64,000 nucleotides of DNA from an uncultured delta proteobacterium (GTDB lineage Bacteria; Desulfobacterota; RBG-13-43-22): the NCBI GenBank assembly GCA_963802945.1, contig CAWDKY010000034.1, forward strand, positions 70,252 to 134,251, given 5' to 3'. How positions within the stretch are numbered: the stretch's first letter is position 1; every line of letters begins with the position of its first letter. Shown here in pieces: positions 19,970 through 28,565 of this stretch. The translations under genes were made by a program, and so were the position numbers. The notes beneath the pieces are model-generated. The model did no database searches. It had not been told where the DNA came from and saw only the letters and a program-made list of their open reading frames with translations.

Positions 19970-20185
19970 GGTCTTAAGAGGTCTTGTTTTTTGAGTTGTC
20001 CAAAGGGTAGTTTTGAGCCTGCTATCCGGCCCAAAAGCTAAGTTTGATTTGAGGTAGAGCAAATCCCTAAACCTTTTCCCATCAATGGAGAAGGCCTGCT
20101 TATGATGGTAGGTTTAAAATTTGGTTCGAGAAAAAGCTTATGGCCTATTGGTGGACAACTTCAAAAAACAAGACCCCTTAAGACC
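19970..20185. mobile_element. MITE-like element of about 216 bp with ~33-bp terminal inverted repeats
   Basis: GGTCTTAAGAGGTCTTGTTTTTTGAGTTGTCCA ... TGGACAACTTCAAAAAACAAGACCCCTTAAGACC; no internal ORF. Confidence 0.65.
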
Positions 20186-20246
20186 TGAGAGTTTCAAAAT
20201 CGAGCAAAATCAAAAAGTGGTTCATAAATTTAAGGAGTGATAGATA

Positions 20247-21473
20247 ATGAAAATTCGCGGTTATTATGGAATGTTCGGAGGGGCCTTTATTCCGGAAATC
20301 CTGGTGGCCACCTTTGATGAACTTGTTGAGGCCTTTGAAAAAGCCAAAAACGATCCTGGCTTCTGGAAAGAATATATGGAGATCATGTCCACCTATTCCT
20401 GCCGGCCTACGCCTTTGACCTTGGCCGAAAACCTAAGTCGTCATTTCGGTGGGGCCCGCATCTACATCAAAAGGGAAGATCTGAACCACACCGGGGCGCA
20501 CAAGGCCAATAACGTCATGGGCCAGGGGCTTTTGGTCAAACGGATGAAAAAGACCCGGGTCATTGCCGAAACCGGGGCCGGTCAGCATGGTGTGGCTACG
20601 GCTACCATGGCCGCCAAATTCGGATTCCGCTGCACCATTTATATGGGCGAAGTGGATGTCAAAAGGCAACGGCCCAATGTCTTCTGGATGCAGCGCCTGG
20701 GCGCCGAAGTCATTCCGGTCAAGGATGGAACGGCCATACTCAAAGATGCCATCAATGAGGCCTTTCGGGATTGGATCACCCACATGGATGATACCCACTA
20801 TGTCCTGGGAACGGCCTGTGGCCCCCACCCTTTTCCGGAGATGGTGGCCTATTTTCAATCCATCATCGGCCAGGAAGCCCGAAAGCAAATTTTGGAGAGC
20901 GAAGGTAAACTCCCGAAACGTATTTATGCCTGCGTGGGAGGCGGCTCAAATGCCCTGGGGATTTTTCAGTCCTTCCTGAATGATCCGGTGGAACTGGTCG
21001 GTGTGGAGGCTGCGGGCAGGGGACTCACCACTGGGCAACATGCCTCGAGACTGGCCTCCAAAGATGGATCCATTGGTGTGGCCCAGGGGTATAAGACCTA
21101 TTTCCTGCAGAATGGTGACGGGCAGATGAAAGAAACCCATAGTGTGGCCGCGGGCTTGGATTATGTTGGGGTTTCTCCGATTTTGTCCTCCCTTAAAGAA
21201 CAGGGCAGGATCAGGGTGGAGGCCGCCACCGATCAGGAGGTGATTGATGCCGTATCCCTTAGTATGAAAAAAGAAGGATTGATCCCGGCCCTGGAGGCAG
21301 CACATGGTTTTGCCCAGGCCTTTAAGGAGGTTGGTAGTTTAAATCAGGATGACGTTGTCCTGATCAATCAATCGGGCCGGGGGGATAAGGACATCTTCAC
21401 CATTGCCGATGCCTTTGATGACCCGAGCTGGAAAGCATTTATCCGGGAGAAAGCCCATGAATATGAATCTTGA
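20247..21473 (+). CDS. trpB: Tryptophan synthase beta chain (TrpB1)
   Basis: KREDLNHTGAHKANN, AETGAGQHG, CVGGGSNA, HSVAAGLDY, SGRGDKD. Confidence 0.97.
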   Translation: MKIRGYYGMFGGAFIPEILVATFDELVEAFEKAKNDPGFWKEYMEIMSTYSCRPTPLTLAENLSRHFGGARIYIKREDLNHTGAHKANNVMGQGLLVKRMKKTRVIAETGAGQHGVATATMAAKFGFRCTIYMGEVDVKRQRPNVFWMQRLGAEVIPVKDGTAILKDAINEAFRDWITHMDDTHYVLGTACGPHPFPEMVAYFQSIIGQEARKQILESEGKLPKRIYACVGGGSNALGIFQSFLNDPVELVGVEAAGRGLTTGQHASRLASKDGSIGVAQGYKTYFLQNGDGQMKETHSVAAGLDYVGVSPILSSLKEQGRIRVEAATDQEVIDAVSLSMKKEGLIPALEAAHGFAQAFKEVGSLNQDDVVLINQSGRGDKDIFTIADAFDDPSWKAFIREKAHEYES

Positions 21474-22227
21474 TTCTTATCTTAAAAAAAGGCTGGCGGA
21501 GAAAGACATCCTGCTCATGACCCATATCGTCCTGGGATATCCTTCCTGGGAAACCTGCCTTCAAGTCATCGAGGCCATGGTCGAAGCGGGTGTTGACCTG
21601 ATGGAATTGCAGATCCCTTTTTCCGAGCCCATGGCCGATGGGCCGGTGATCCTCCAGGCTAATCAGAAAGCCTTGGAAAGTGGTGTAACCGTTCAGAGGT
21701 GTCTGGATTTTGCTCAGGAGGTGACGAAGACCTTTGAAATCCCTTTTTTGATTATGAGTTATTACAATATCGTTTTCAAATATGGGGTCGAACGATTCAC
21801 CGTCACCTTGGCCGAAAGAAACCTCATGGGGGCAATCGTACCGGACCTTCCGCCGGAAGAGGGACAGGAATATCTTCAACTGATGAAACAGCAAGGGCTT
21901 TCGCCTATCCTTTTCTTTTCCCCCACCACACCGAACGATCGGATGCGATTTATCGCCTCCCTGGCCCGAGGGTTTATCTATTGCCTGAGCCGAAAAGGTG
22001 TCACCGGTGCTGATACGACGTTTTCCTCGGAATTGGCCGGCTATCTGGCCCGATGTCGCCAGGCCACTTCCCTTCCCCTGGCAGTCGGCTTCGGAGTCAA
22101 AGGAAAAACAGATATTGATTTTTTAAAAGGCAAGGTGGATATCGCCGTCATCGGTTCCCAAACGATCCGGATCGTGGAGGATCTGGGAAGTGGAGCGGTT
22201 GGAAATTTCATCTGCAGTTTGCGCTGA
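21457..22227 (+). CDS. trpA: Tryptophan synthase alpha chain
   Basis: ELQIPFSEPMADGPVI, VPDLPPEE, SRKGVTG, VGFGV. Confidence 0.96.
   Translation: MNMNLDSYLKKRLAEKDILLMTHIVLGYPSWETCLQVIEAMVEAGVDLMELQIPFSEPMADGPVILQANQKALESGVTVQRCLDFAQEVTKTFEIPFLIMSYYNIVFKYGVERFTVTLAERNLMGAIVPDLPPEEGQEYLQLMKQQGLSPILFFSPTTPNDRMRFIASLARGFIYCLSRKGVTGADTTFSSELAGYLARCRQATSLPLAVGFGVKGKTDIDFLKGKVDIAVIGSQTIRIVEDLGSGAVGNFICSLR
22134..22227 (+). repeat. Direct repeat copy 1 (3' end of trpA)
   Basis: 94 bp; 77/94 identical (manual count) to 26694-26787. Confidence 0.9.
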
Positions 22228-22441
22228 GCACATCAATCCATTCCTCAACTCCCCCGGCCTCTTTAACAAAATCAACCCCATCGATCTAAAAATCAAGAAC
22301 ATTGCTTTTTGATCCCCCTCATGATATTTTTCTATCTGCACTCTATCTTCCTTTCTCCTTCAAGGGGGGTAATGGTCTTAATCGATATCGCATCCTTTTT
22401 GAGCAGGCTTCAAGGAGCCTTAAACCAACGGAGGTGAACCC

Positions 22442-24844
22442 ATGACATTCGTATCAACCTGCGCCGTCACTCCCGAGCATTTATGGTCGGCGTCCTCAAC
22501 CCTTTCACCTCGTGTGGAACGCTTACGCCGGCAATTTTTTTCCTTCTATGAACGAAAATATACCAACGAAGTCCGGGCTTACACCACCGGCACACCCTGG
22601 GACGTTGTCTATTCCATATGGAATTGGACGAATGTGCCAGAAATCGCCCTGTTTCAGAAAGGATTTCGCAGTTATCTGTCTGCTGCAGCCCAGCCAGTGG
22701 AGTTGCCGACCGACTTTTGGAACGAACCATTGGTTATCCGCCAAGCCCTTTTCTTCCGCCAGGTGGTTAGCTCTCCATTGCCTGTTGAAATACTGGAAGG
22801 AGAGCTGATCGTCGGCTCCCACTTCAGCACGGCCCTCTCCCGCTGCCTTAAAAAAGACGAAGCCCGTCGCCGCGACCGGGAAGAGCAAACATTCCTCAAG
22901 GCCGGGGATAAACTCAACAGTGCCGGAGTGGGAAACTGCGGCGCTGTTCCCGGTCATCTGCTGCCCAACTACCCCAAGGTCCTTAAAATCGGCTGGAAAG
23001 GAATCCGGGATGAGGCCCAGGTTTTGTTCAACGATCCGGCAAGTACAATTGAACAAAAGAATATGGCCCGGGCGATCATGATTTCCGCAGAAGCCACGCG
23101 TGATCTGGCCGACCGATATGCCGTCCTGGCTAAAAACCTGGCCGAAACCGAAACGGATCCGAAACGTCAAGACGAGTTGCAGGAGATCGCCCGCATCTGC
23201 CGAAAGGTCCCTTGGCTGCCACCCGAAACATTCTCTGAAGCCTTGCAAGCCCTTTGGTTCACGCACATGCTGGCCATGGCCGCCGAAAGTTATCCGGGGC
23301 CGGGCTTATCGCCGGGGCGAGTGGATCAGTACCTTTACCCGTACTACAAGGCAGATCGAGATGCGGGCCGCCTTACGGAAGAGTCTGCTCGCGAATGGCT
23401 GCAATGCTTGTGGATCAAACACAATTATGTCTACGATTATCAGGGCTGGACCGGCACCAATCAGGGTATCAATTCTTCTTTCGGTCAGCTCATAACCCTG
23501 GGTGGAATGGATGCCGAAGGCCATGACGCCACCAATAACCTGACCTACCTGATGCTTGAAGTTATCGAAGAGATGAACCTATTAGAACCCAAGCCCAATG
23601 TGCGCGTCCATGCCGGTACCTCCGACAAGCTGCTCGATCGTTTGGTGGAGATGTTAGCCAAGGCCCAAGGGTCACCCTTCCTGATTAACTTTGACGAGAA
23701 TTCCATCGCCGGTTTGCGTTGGCAGGGCCTGCCGGAAGAAAGGCTTTGGGATTACGCACCGGTTGGCTGCCTGGAAAACACCCTGATCGGTGACGACCGC
23801 TCCGGCACCGTGGATGTCAACCTGAATCTGGCTAAAGCCGTCGAATTAGTTTTAAACAATGGCCGTGATATGGCCACAGGAAAACAAATCGGACCGCGCA
23901 CCGGTGACCCTGAAAAATTTAAAGGGTTCCCTCAGTTTATGGAAGCCTTTAAACAACAACTCAAAACCATCCTGGAAAAGCTTATCGCTGCCAATAACAT
24001 GGCCGATGCAGGCCGGGCCCGTTGGGAACCGGTCCCTTACCTGAGCGCCCTGGTGGACGGCTGTCTGCAAAATGGCAAAGACTGCAACGCAGGCGGCGCC
24101 CATTATAATTTCTTAACGGTAGAAGGAGTGGCTTTGGCCACCGTTGCCGACAGCCTGGCTGCCATAAAAAAGCTGGTTTATGAAGATCGCCAGATCGAAA
24201 TGGGAAAACTGGTTGAGGCCATTCGGGCCAACTTTGAAGGGCAGGAGAGTCTTCGCCGGACTTTGCTGGCCAAAGCGCCCAAGTACGGGAATGACGAAGG
24301 TTATGCGGATGAGATCGCCCACGAGGTGAGCCGCTTTTGGACCGAAGAGGCCTTTAAGCACACTTCGTCCACCGGAAAGCGCTATCGTGGCGGCTATCTA
24401 TCCTGGAATTACTGGATCGCTTATGCGCCGACGACCGCGGCCACGCCCGACGGCCGCCTTCGAGGACAGTTCCTTTCCAATGCAGTATGCCCGGTCAATG
24501 GGGCTGACCGCAAAGGACCGACCTCGATCATCAAGAGTGTCGGTAAACTGGGTTTGGAGACTGCACCCAACGGCGCCAGTCACACCATGAGCTTCAGTCC
24601 GAACCTCTTGCGGAATCCCGAACAACGCCAAAAGCTCAAAGCCCTCTTACGGGCCTATGGCCAAGTGGGTGGGACTTGCCTGCAGGTCAATGTAATCGAC
24701 GCCGAAACCCTTAGAGAGGCTCAAAGGTTTCCCGACGAATACCATAACCTGCTGGTACGGGTCACGGGCTACAATGCCTATTTTGTCGGTCTGGGGAAAG
24801 AGATTCAAGACGAAATCATCGCCCGCGAATCGCACCTGATTTGA
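22442..24844 (+). CDS. Glycyl radical enzyme (PFL2/GRE family), substrate unknown
   Basis: Single-Cys loop APVGCLE, glycyl motif LLVRVTGYNAYF, GRVDQYLYPYY, APKYGND, ATPDGR. Confidence 0.93.
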   Translation: MTFVSTCAVTPEHLWSASSTLSPRVERLRRQFFSFYERKYTNEVRAYTTGTPWDVVYSIWNWTNVPEIALFQKGFRSYLSAAAQPVELPTDFWNEPLVIRQALFFRQVVSSPLPVEILEGELIVGSHFSTALSRCLKKDEARRRDREEQTFLKAGDKLNSAGVGNCGAVPGHLLPNYPKVLKIGWKGIRDEAQVLFNDPASTIEQKNMARAIMISAEATRDLADRYAVLAKNLAETETDPKRQDELQEIARICRKVPWLPPETFSEALQALWFTHMLAMAAESYPGPGLSPGRVDQYLYPYYKADRDAGRLTEESAREWLQCLWIKHNYVYDYQGWTGTNQGINSSFGQLITLGGMDAEGHDATNNLTYLMLEVIEEMNLLEPKPNVRVHAGTSDKLLDRLVEMLAKAQGSPFLINFDENSIAGLRWQGLPEERLWDYAPVGCLENTLIGDDRSGTVDVNLNLAKAVELVLNNGRDMATGKQIGPRTGDPEKFKGFPQFMEAFKQQLKTILEKLIAANNMADAGRARWEPVPYLSALVDGCLQNGKDCNAGGAHYNFLTVEGVALATVADSLAAIKKLVYEDRQIEMGKLVEAIRANFEGQESLRRTLLAKAPKYGNDEGYADEIAHEVSRFWTEEAFKHTSSTGKRYRGGYLSWNYWIAYAPTTAATPDGRLRGQFLSNAVCPVNGADRKGPTSIIKSVGKLGLETAPNGASHTMSFSPNLLRNPEQRQKLKALLRAYGQVGGTCLQVNVIDAETLREAQRFPDEYHNLLVRVTGYNAYFVGLGKEIQDEIIARESHLI

Positions 24845-24935
24845 ATATGAACAATAGAGTCAATTGTTGTTCCACCATTTGCGGGACCGGAGAGATTCGA
24901 AATAGTCCGGGCGTTCGTGAGAAGGTCAAATCAGC

Positions 24936-25853
24936 ATGGATAACGGCCTGATCTTCAACCTCCAGCATTTCAGCACCGAGGACGGACCCGGTATCCGTAC
25001 GACGGTCTTCCTCAAGGGCTGCTACCTGCGCTGCCCGTGGTGTCATAATCCAGAAGGACTCCGGTCCGAACCCGATCTCATCTGGTATGACGTTCGATGC
25101 ATCGGCGCCCAGGATTGTGTGAAGGTTTGTCCGGAAAAGGCCTTACATCTTTCGTCTGAGGGGATGAAAATCGACCGGAAACATTGCACCCTCTGCGGGA
25201 AATGTGAGAAAGCCTGCCCGGCAGCAGCTATAGAGATTATCGGCCGAAGCTTTACCCCCGAGGAGTTGATCGGCGAACTTTTGAAAGATCAGGTCTTTTA
25301 CCAGACCTCAGGGGGAGGCATCACCTTTAGCGGCGGCGAGCCGATGATGCAGATCGATTTCCTTGGCCAAGTCCTGCCTCGCTGTAAGGAGGCGGGGATG
25401 CACGTGGCCCTGGATACCGGCGGCCCAGTCCCCTGGGAGCGCTACGAAAAGGTATTGTCCTGGGTGGACTTGATATTGTTCGATCTTAAATTGATGGACG
25501 AGGAAGGCCACAAACGGGCCACGGGCGTCTCAAACGCCCTTATCTTGGAGAATGCCCGCCGCATCGCCGCTGTAGGCAAATCGATGTGGATCCGAACTCC
25601 GGTCATCCCCGGTTATACCAATGATCCGGAAAATATCCGGGCCATCGGAGATTTTATCCGTGAAGCCTTGCCAACCGTGCAGCGTTGGGATTTGCTTGCC
25701 TACACCAATTTAGGCAAGCCCAAATACCATCGGCTTGACAGGCCGTATTTGTTGGAAGCAACGCCCCTGTTAACCCGGACCGAGATTGACACCTTGTGGC
25801 AGGCTGCAGTGGAACTGGTGCCGACCGCCAGATGGTCAGGGGCGACAATTTAG
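24936..25853 (+). CDS. Glycyl-radical activating enzyme (radical SAM with ferredoxin insert)
   Basis: DGPGIRTTVFLKGCYLRCPWCHNPE, CIGAQDCVKVCP / CTLCGKCEKACP, SGGEP. Confidence 0.95.
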   Translation: MDNGLIFNLQHFSTEDGPGIRTTVFLKGCYLRCPWCHNPEGLRSEPDLIWYDVRCIGAQDCVKVCPEKALHLSSEGMKIDRKHCTLCGKCEKACPAAAIEIIGRSFTPEELIGELLKDQVFYQTSGGGITFSGGEPMMQIDFLGQVLPRCKEAGMHVALDTGGPVPWERYEKVLSWVDLILFDLKLMDEEGHKRATGVSNALILENARRIAAVGKSMWIRTPVIPGYTNDPENIRAIGDFIREALPTVQRWDLLAYTNLGKPKYHRLDRPYLLEATPLLTRTEIDTLWQAAVELVPTARWSGATI

Positions 25854-25882
25854 CCTATATCATTGTTATTCGGAGGCCGATC

Positions 25883-26692
25883 ATGTCCCTACTCGAACAA
25901 ACACCCGGTTTATTGGCCGCCTTAGGCGGAGAGATGACGCCTAAATTTCTGGCCACCCGCTCGGCCGGGGGCATCCCCAACGTCGTCCCGTGTATATCCC
26001 TGTTGCCGACTGAAGACCAAGAGGATACGATCTTCTTTGGAAATTTCTTATTGCGCAAGAGCATCAAAAATCTCCAGGAGGACCGACGCGTCAGCATCCT
26101 GGTGGTCACGCCAGAACTTCATGGGTGGATTCTCAAGGGAGACTTTATTGAGTTTCAGCCTACCGGACCTTATGTGGACCAACAAAAGAGCAGCCCCCTT
26201 TTGCGCTATAACGCTTACACAGGCGTCCGTAATGCCGGGGTCATCCGCCTGCTCTCAATGGAAATAATCTTTGCCGTCTCCAAACTCAAAGTCCTCAAGG
26301 ATTATTGGCTGACCCGGCTGGCGGCTATTAGTCAAAGAAATGAACCAAGGACAATATCGGGCAATGACCTGATCATCCCCTTGGCTGTAAGACACGAATT
26401 TGCCAGGATGGCGGCCGTCAAGGTCCTGGCCTGGGTCGGACCGGACGGATATCCAATGGTTATTCCGTCCCTATCGTTGCAACCTGCGGGCCGAGCGAAG
26501 CTGGTGTGCTGGAAAAAGGCCGGGTTCCCCTCGCCTACGGCCCAGGCCTTGGTCGCCGCCAACATCCTCACCTTCGAGGCCATTTCCTATCAGACCAAAG
26601 GGCGCTGGTCGGAATCCGATCGATTGGGGGTTATCCAAGTTGAAGAAATTTACGCTGGGGGGCCGCCTTTTCCGGGAGGGCGAATAGCCTGA
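25883..26692 (+). CDS. Pyridoxamine-5'-phosphate-oxidase-like (split-barrel, FMN-binding) tandem-domain protein
   Basis: KFLATRSAGGIPNVVP...SIKNLQEDRRVSILV...LKG, plus a second repeat KVLAWVGPDGYP...SYQTKG. RBS GGAGG before 25883. Confidence 0.7.
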   Translation: MSLLEQTPGLLAALGGEMTPKFLATRSAGGIPNVVPCISLLPTEDQEDTIFFGNFLLRKSIKNLQEDRRVSILVVTPELHGWILKGDFIEFQPTGPYVDQQKSSPLLRYNAYTGVRNAGVIRLLSMEIIFAVSKLKVLKDYWLTRLAAISQRNEPRTISGNDLIIPLAVRHEFARMAAVKVLAWVGPDGYPMVIPSLSLQPAGRAKLVCWKKAGFPSPTAQALVAANILTFEAISYQTKGRWSESDRLGVIQVEEIYAGGPPFPGGRIA

Positions 26693-26693
26693 T

Positions 26694-26787
26694 GGTGAAT
26701 ATCGCCGTCATTGGTTCCCAAACGATCCGGATCGTAGAAAATCAGGGAAGCAAAGCAGTGGGGGATTTCATCCGAAGTCTACGCTGA
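26694..26787 (+). repeat. Direct repeat copy 2: orphan diverged trpA 3' end (VNIAVIGSQTIRIVENQGSKAVGDFIRSLR*)
   Basis: In-frame paralog of the last 30 trpA codons, immediately after the cassette's last stop codon. Confidence 0.9.
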
Positions 26788-26835
26788 TTATTTAACGGGA
26801 TGATCGCATGAGGTATTTCTCAAGAGGAGACTCAT

Positions 26836-27231
26836 ATGACTAACGCAAGCTTTGTATTTGATCATGTTCACCTGGTCAGTAAAGATCCCAAATCAACAGC
26901 AGCCTGGTACGCGGAAAAACTGGGAGGAAGGATTGTCAACAGCTCTGAAGTCCGCGGTGTGCTTTCAATTATTGTCGCCTTCAAAGGTGCCACCGTTATT
27001 ATTCGCGGTCAGAGGCAAGGAGAACAGGTTAAGGAAAAAAACGAAATACAGTGGGGTACGGATCATTTCGGGTTTCGGGTTGATGGGGATTTCGACGGGT
27101 TTTGTGGAGATCTAGAGAAGAACGGGGTTAAGTTTACGCTCGAACCCGTGGATTTTAGCCCGACCGTGCGTATCGCCTTTATCGAAGCCCCGGACAATGT
27201 GAACATTGAATTACTTCAGAGAAAAGGATAG
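26836..27231 (+). CDS. VOC/glyoxalase family protein
   Basis: FDHVHL...WYAEKLG, TDHFGF, IAFIEAPDNVNIEL. Confidence 0.88.
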   Translation: MTNASFVFDHVHLVSKDPKSTAAWYAEKLGGRIVNSSEVRGVLSIIVAFKGATVIIRGQRQGEQVKEKNEIQWGTDHFGFRVDGDFDGFCGDLEKNGVKFTLEPVDFSPTVRIAFIEAPDNVNIELLQRKG

Positions 27232-27590
27232 AGATGGGGGAGGTTCATTAAGTGTACCAGTATTTGGGTTGACGGACAATGTCCAGATAACTCTTCTTGC
27301 GGCTTACACCTACAAGTCCGCAGAAATCATGAGCACACGAAACAAGGATTATCGTTTGAAATATTTAATCCGCCCCTCGTTCAGATGAAACAGCTTGGAG
27401 AGTATTTCCGTAAATGGAAAGGGAATCAGGGCATCCATATTTTCTTTTTGACGAAGTCCTCGGGAGACTATAGAAACCATTGTATCAAACCATTTAATCG
27501 TTGGCTGCAAGAGCGATATACGATCTCAAGGAAAGCTTCGACAATAATTCAAGCGGAGATCTGACCCCTTTCCTCGCCTTTAACCGAAAC

Positions 27591-28238
27591 TTAGATCGTA
27601 TGTGGCCTTTCTTCTGCCTTGAATCCCATCTCCTTAAGTTGTTTAAGTACGGTGGCAACATCATTGGTGTTCAGATGAAGAACAAAATCATTTTTTCCAG
27701 CTCCGCTTGACGAAAGGGAACAGAAGTTCTTTATCTCAATGTCACCTTTCCGCACGGCTTCGAGCACCTTTTGCATCCCCTCTGGATCACCAACTCCCTG
27801 GACGATTATCCGCTTGCCCCCCTCACCAATTCCTAAAAGCGGATTCAGTATCTTATAAAAGAAGTCATTGGTAGTTACTATCCCAACTACCTTATTATCT
27901 TCCACGACCGGCAGACAACCCACTTTGTTTTTCTGAGCCTTGGTTGCAGCCTGTTCAACGGTAGTATCAGGGGAGACCGTCACTACATCCGTTACCATGA
28001 TTTCCTTGACCATCAGCTTAGACAGGAGATAGTAGATTTCCCCGCGGCTAAAGCTGGTAGCTTTCGAAGGGCCGGCCTTCAAAAGGATATCCTTGGTCAC
28101 CAACCCCACCAGTTTACCCTTATCGACGACGGGAAGGCGTTCGATTTTGTGAAACTCCATAATCTTCTCGGCTTCAAACATCAGGGTATCACTGGGGATA
28201 GTAATAACATTGCTCGTCATAATATCGCGGACTAACAT
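27591..28238 (-). CDS. CBS-pair plus ACT-like domain protein (AcuB-like)
   Basis: Two CBS repeats (VRDIMT...LPVVD.GKLVG.VT; VKEIM...LPVVE.NKVVGIVT) and a C-terminal ACT-like domain. Confidence 0.88.
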   Translation of the reverse strand: MLVRDIMTSNVITIPSDTLMFEAEKIMEFHKIERLPVVDKGKLVGLVTKDILLKAGPSKATSFSRGEIYYLLSKLMVKEIMVTDVVTVSPDTTVEQAATKAQKNKVGCLPVVEDNKVVGIVTTNDFFYKILNPLLGIGEGGKRIIVQGVGDPEGMQKVLEAVRKGDIEIKNFCSLSSSGAGKNDFVLHLNTNDVATVLKQLKEMGFKAEERPHTI

Positions 28239-28299
28239 GTTCTCAACCTCCTTCTTGTATCAGAGCTTATCACATTGTCCAATTTTTAGGATCCACCTT

Positions 28300-28410
28300 A
28301 GAAGGCGGGGTACACCTTTACCGCAGGATTCATCATAATAAAACTTGACCAGCTACTCAGCCAATTCAACCAGGCAACAAGAGGAAGCCATGGTCATAAT
28401 GCATCCCGTG
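28300..28410 (-). pseudogene. Decayed fragment of a NuoF/HydB-type 4Fe-4S domain
   Basis: Minus-strand translation GCIMTMASSCCLVELAE*LVKFYYDESCGKGVPR resembles the CMVD.A....F...ESCGKC.PCR motif, with an internal stop and Cys losses. Confidence 0.5.
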
Positions 28411-28503
28411 GTCTTTTCCCAGATCAAATTAAAGGATTTTAGTTGCTAAAAACCGCCACAGAGATTACTGGCGGGCTTAATAAATTTGTGCTATTCCTCT
28501 CGA

Positions 28504-28545
28504 CCCGATTGTATCGAGGATTTCATAATCATCGATACAATCGGG
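28504..28545. terminator. Long hairpin downstream of the MFS gene
   Basis: CCCGATTGTATCGA...TCGATACAATCGGG, 14-bp perfect stem; no clear U-tract. Confidence 0.55.
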
Positions 28546-28565
28546 AGCCGTTCTATTGAGTAAAA

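Noticed and set aside
22442-24844. Calling the GRE pyruvate formate-lyase, or an indoleacetate decarboxylase because it follows trpA
   Set aside because: It lacks the PFL Cys-Cys pair. The adjacency to trpA is explained by insertion, and no substrate evidence is visible.
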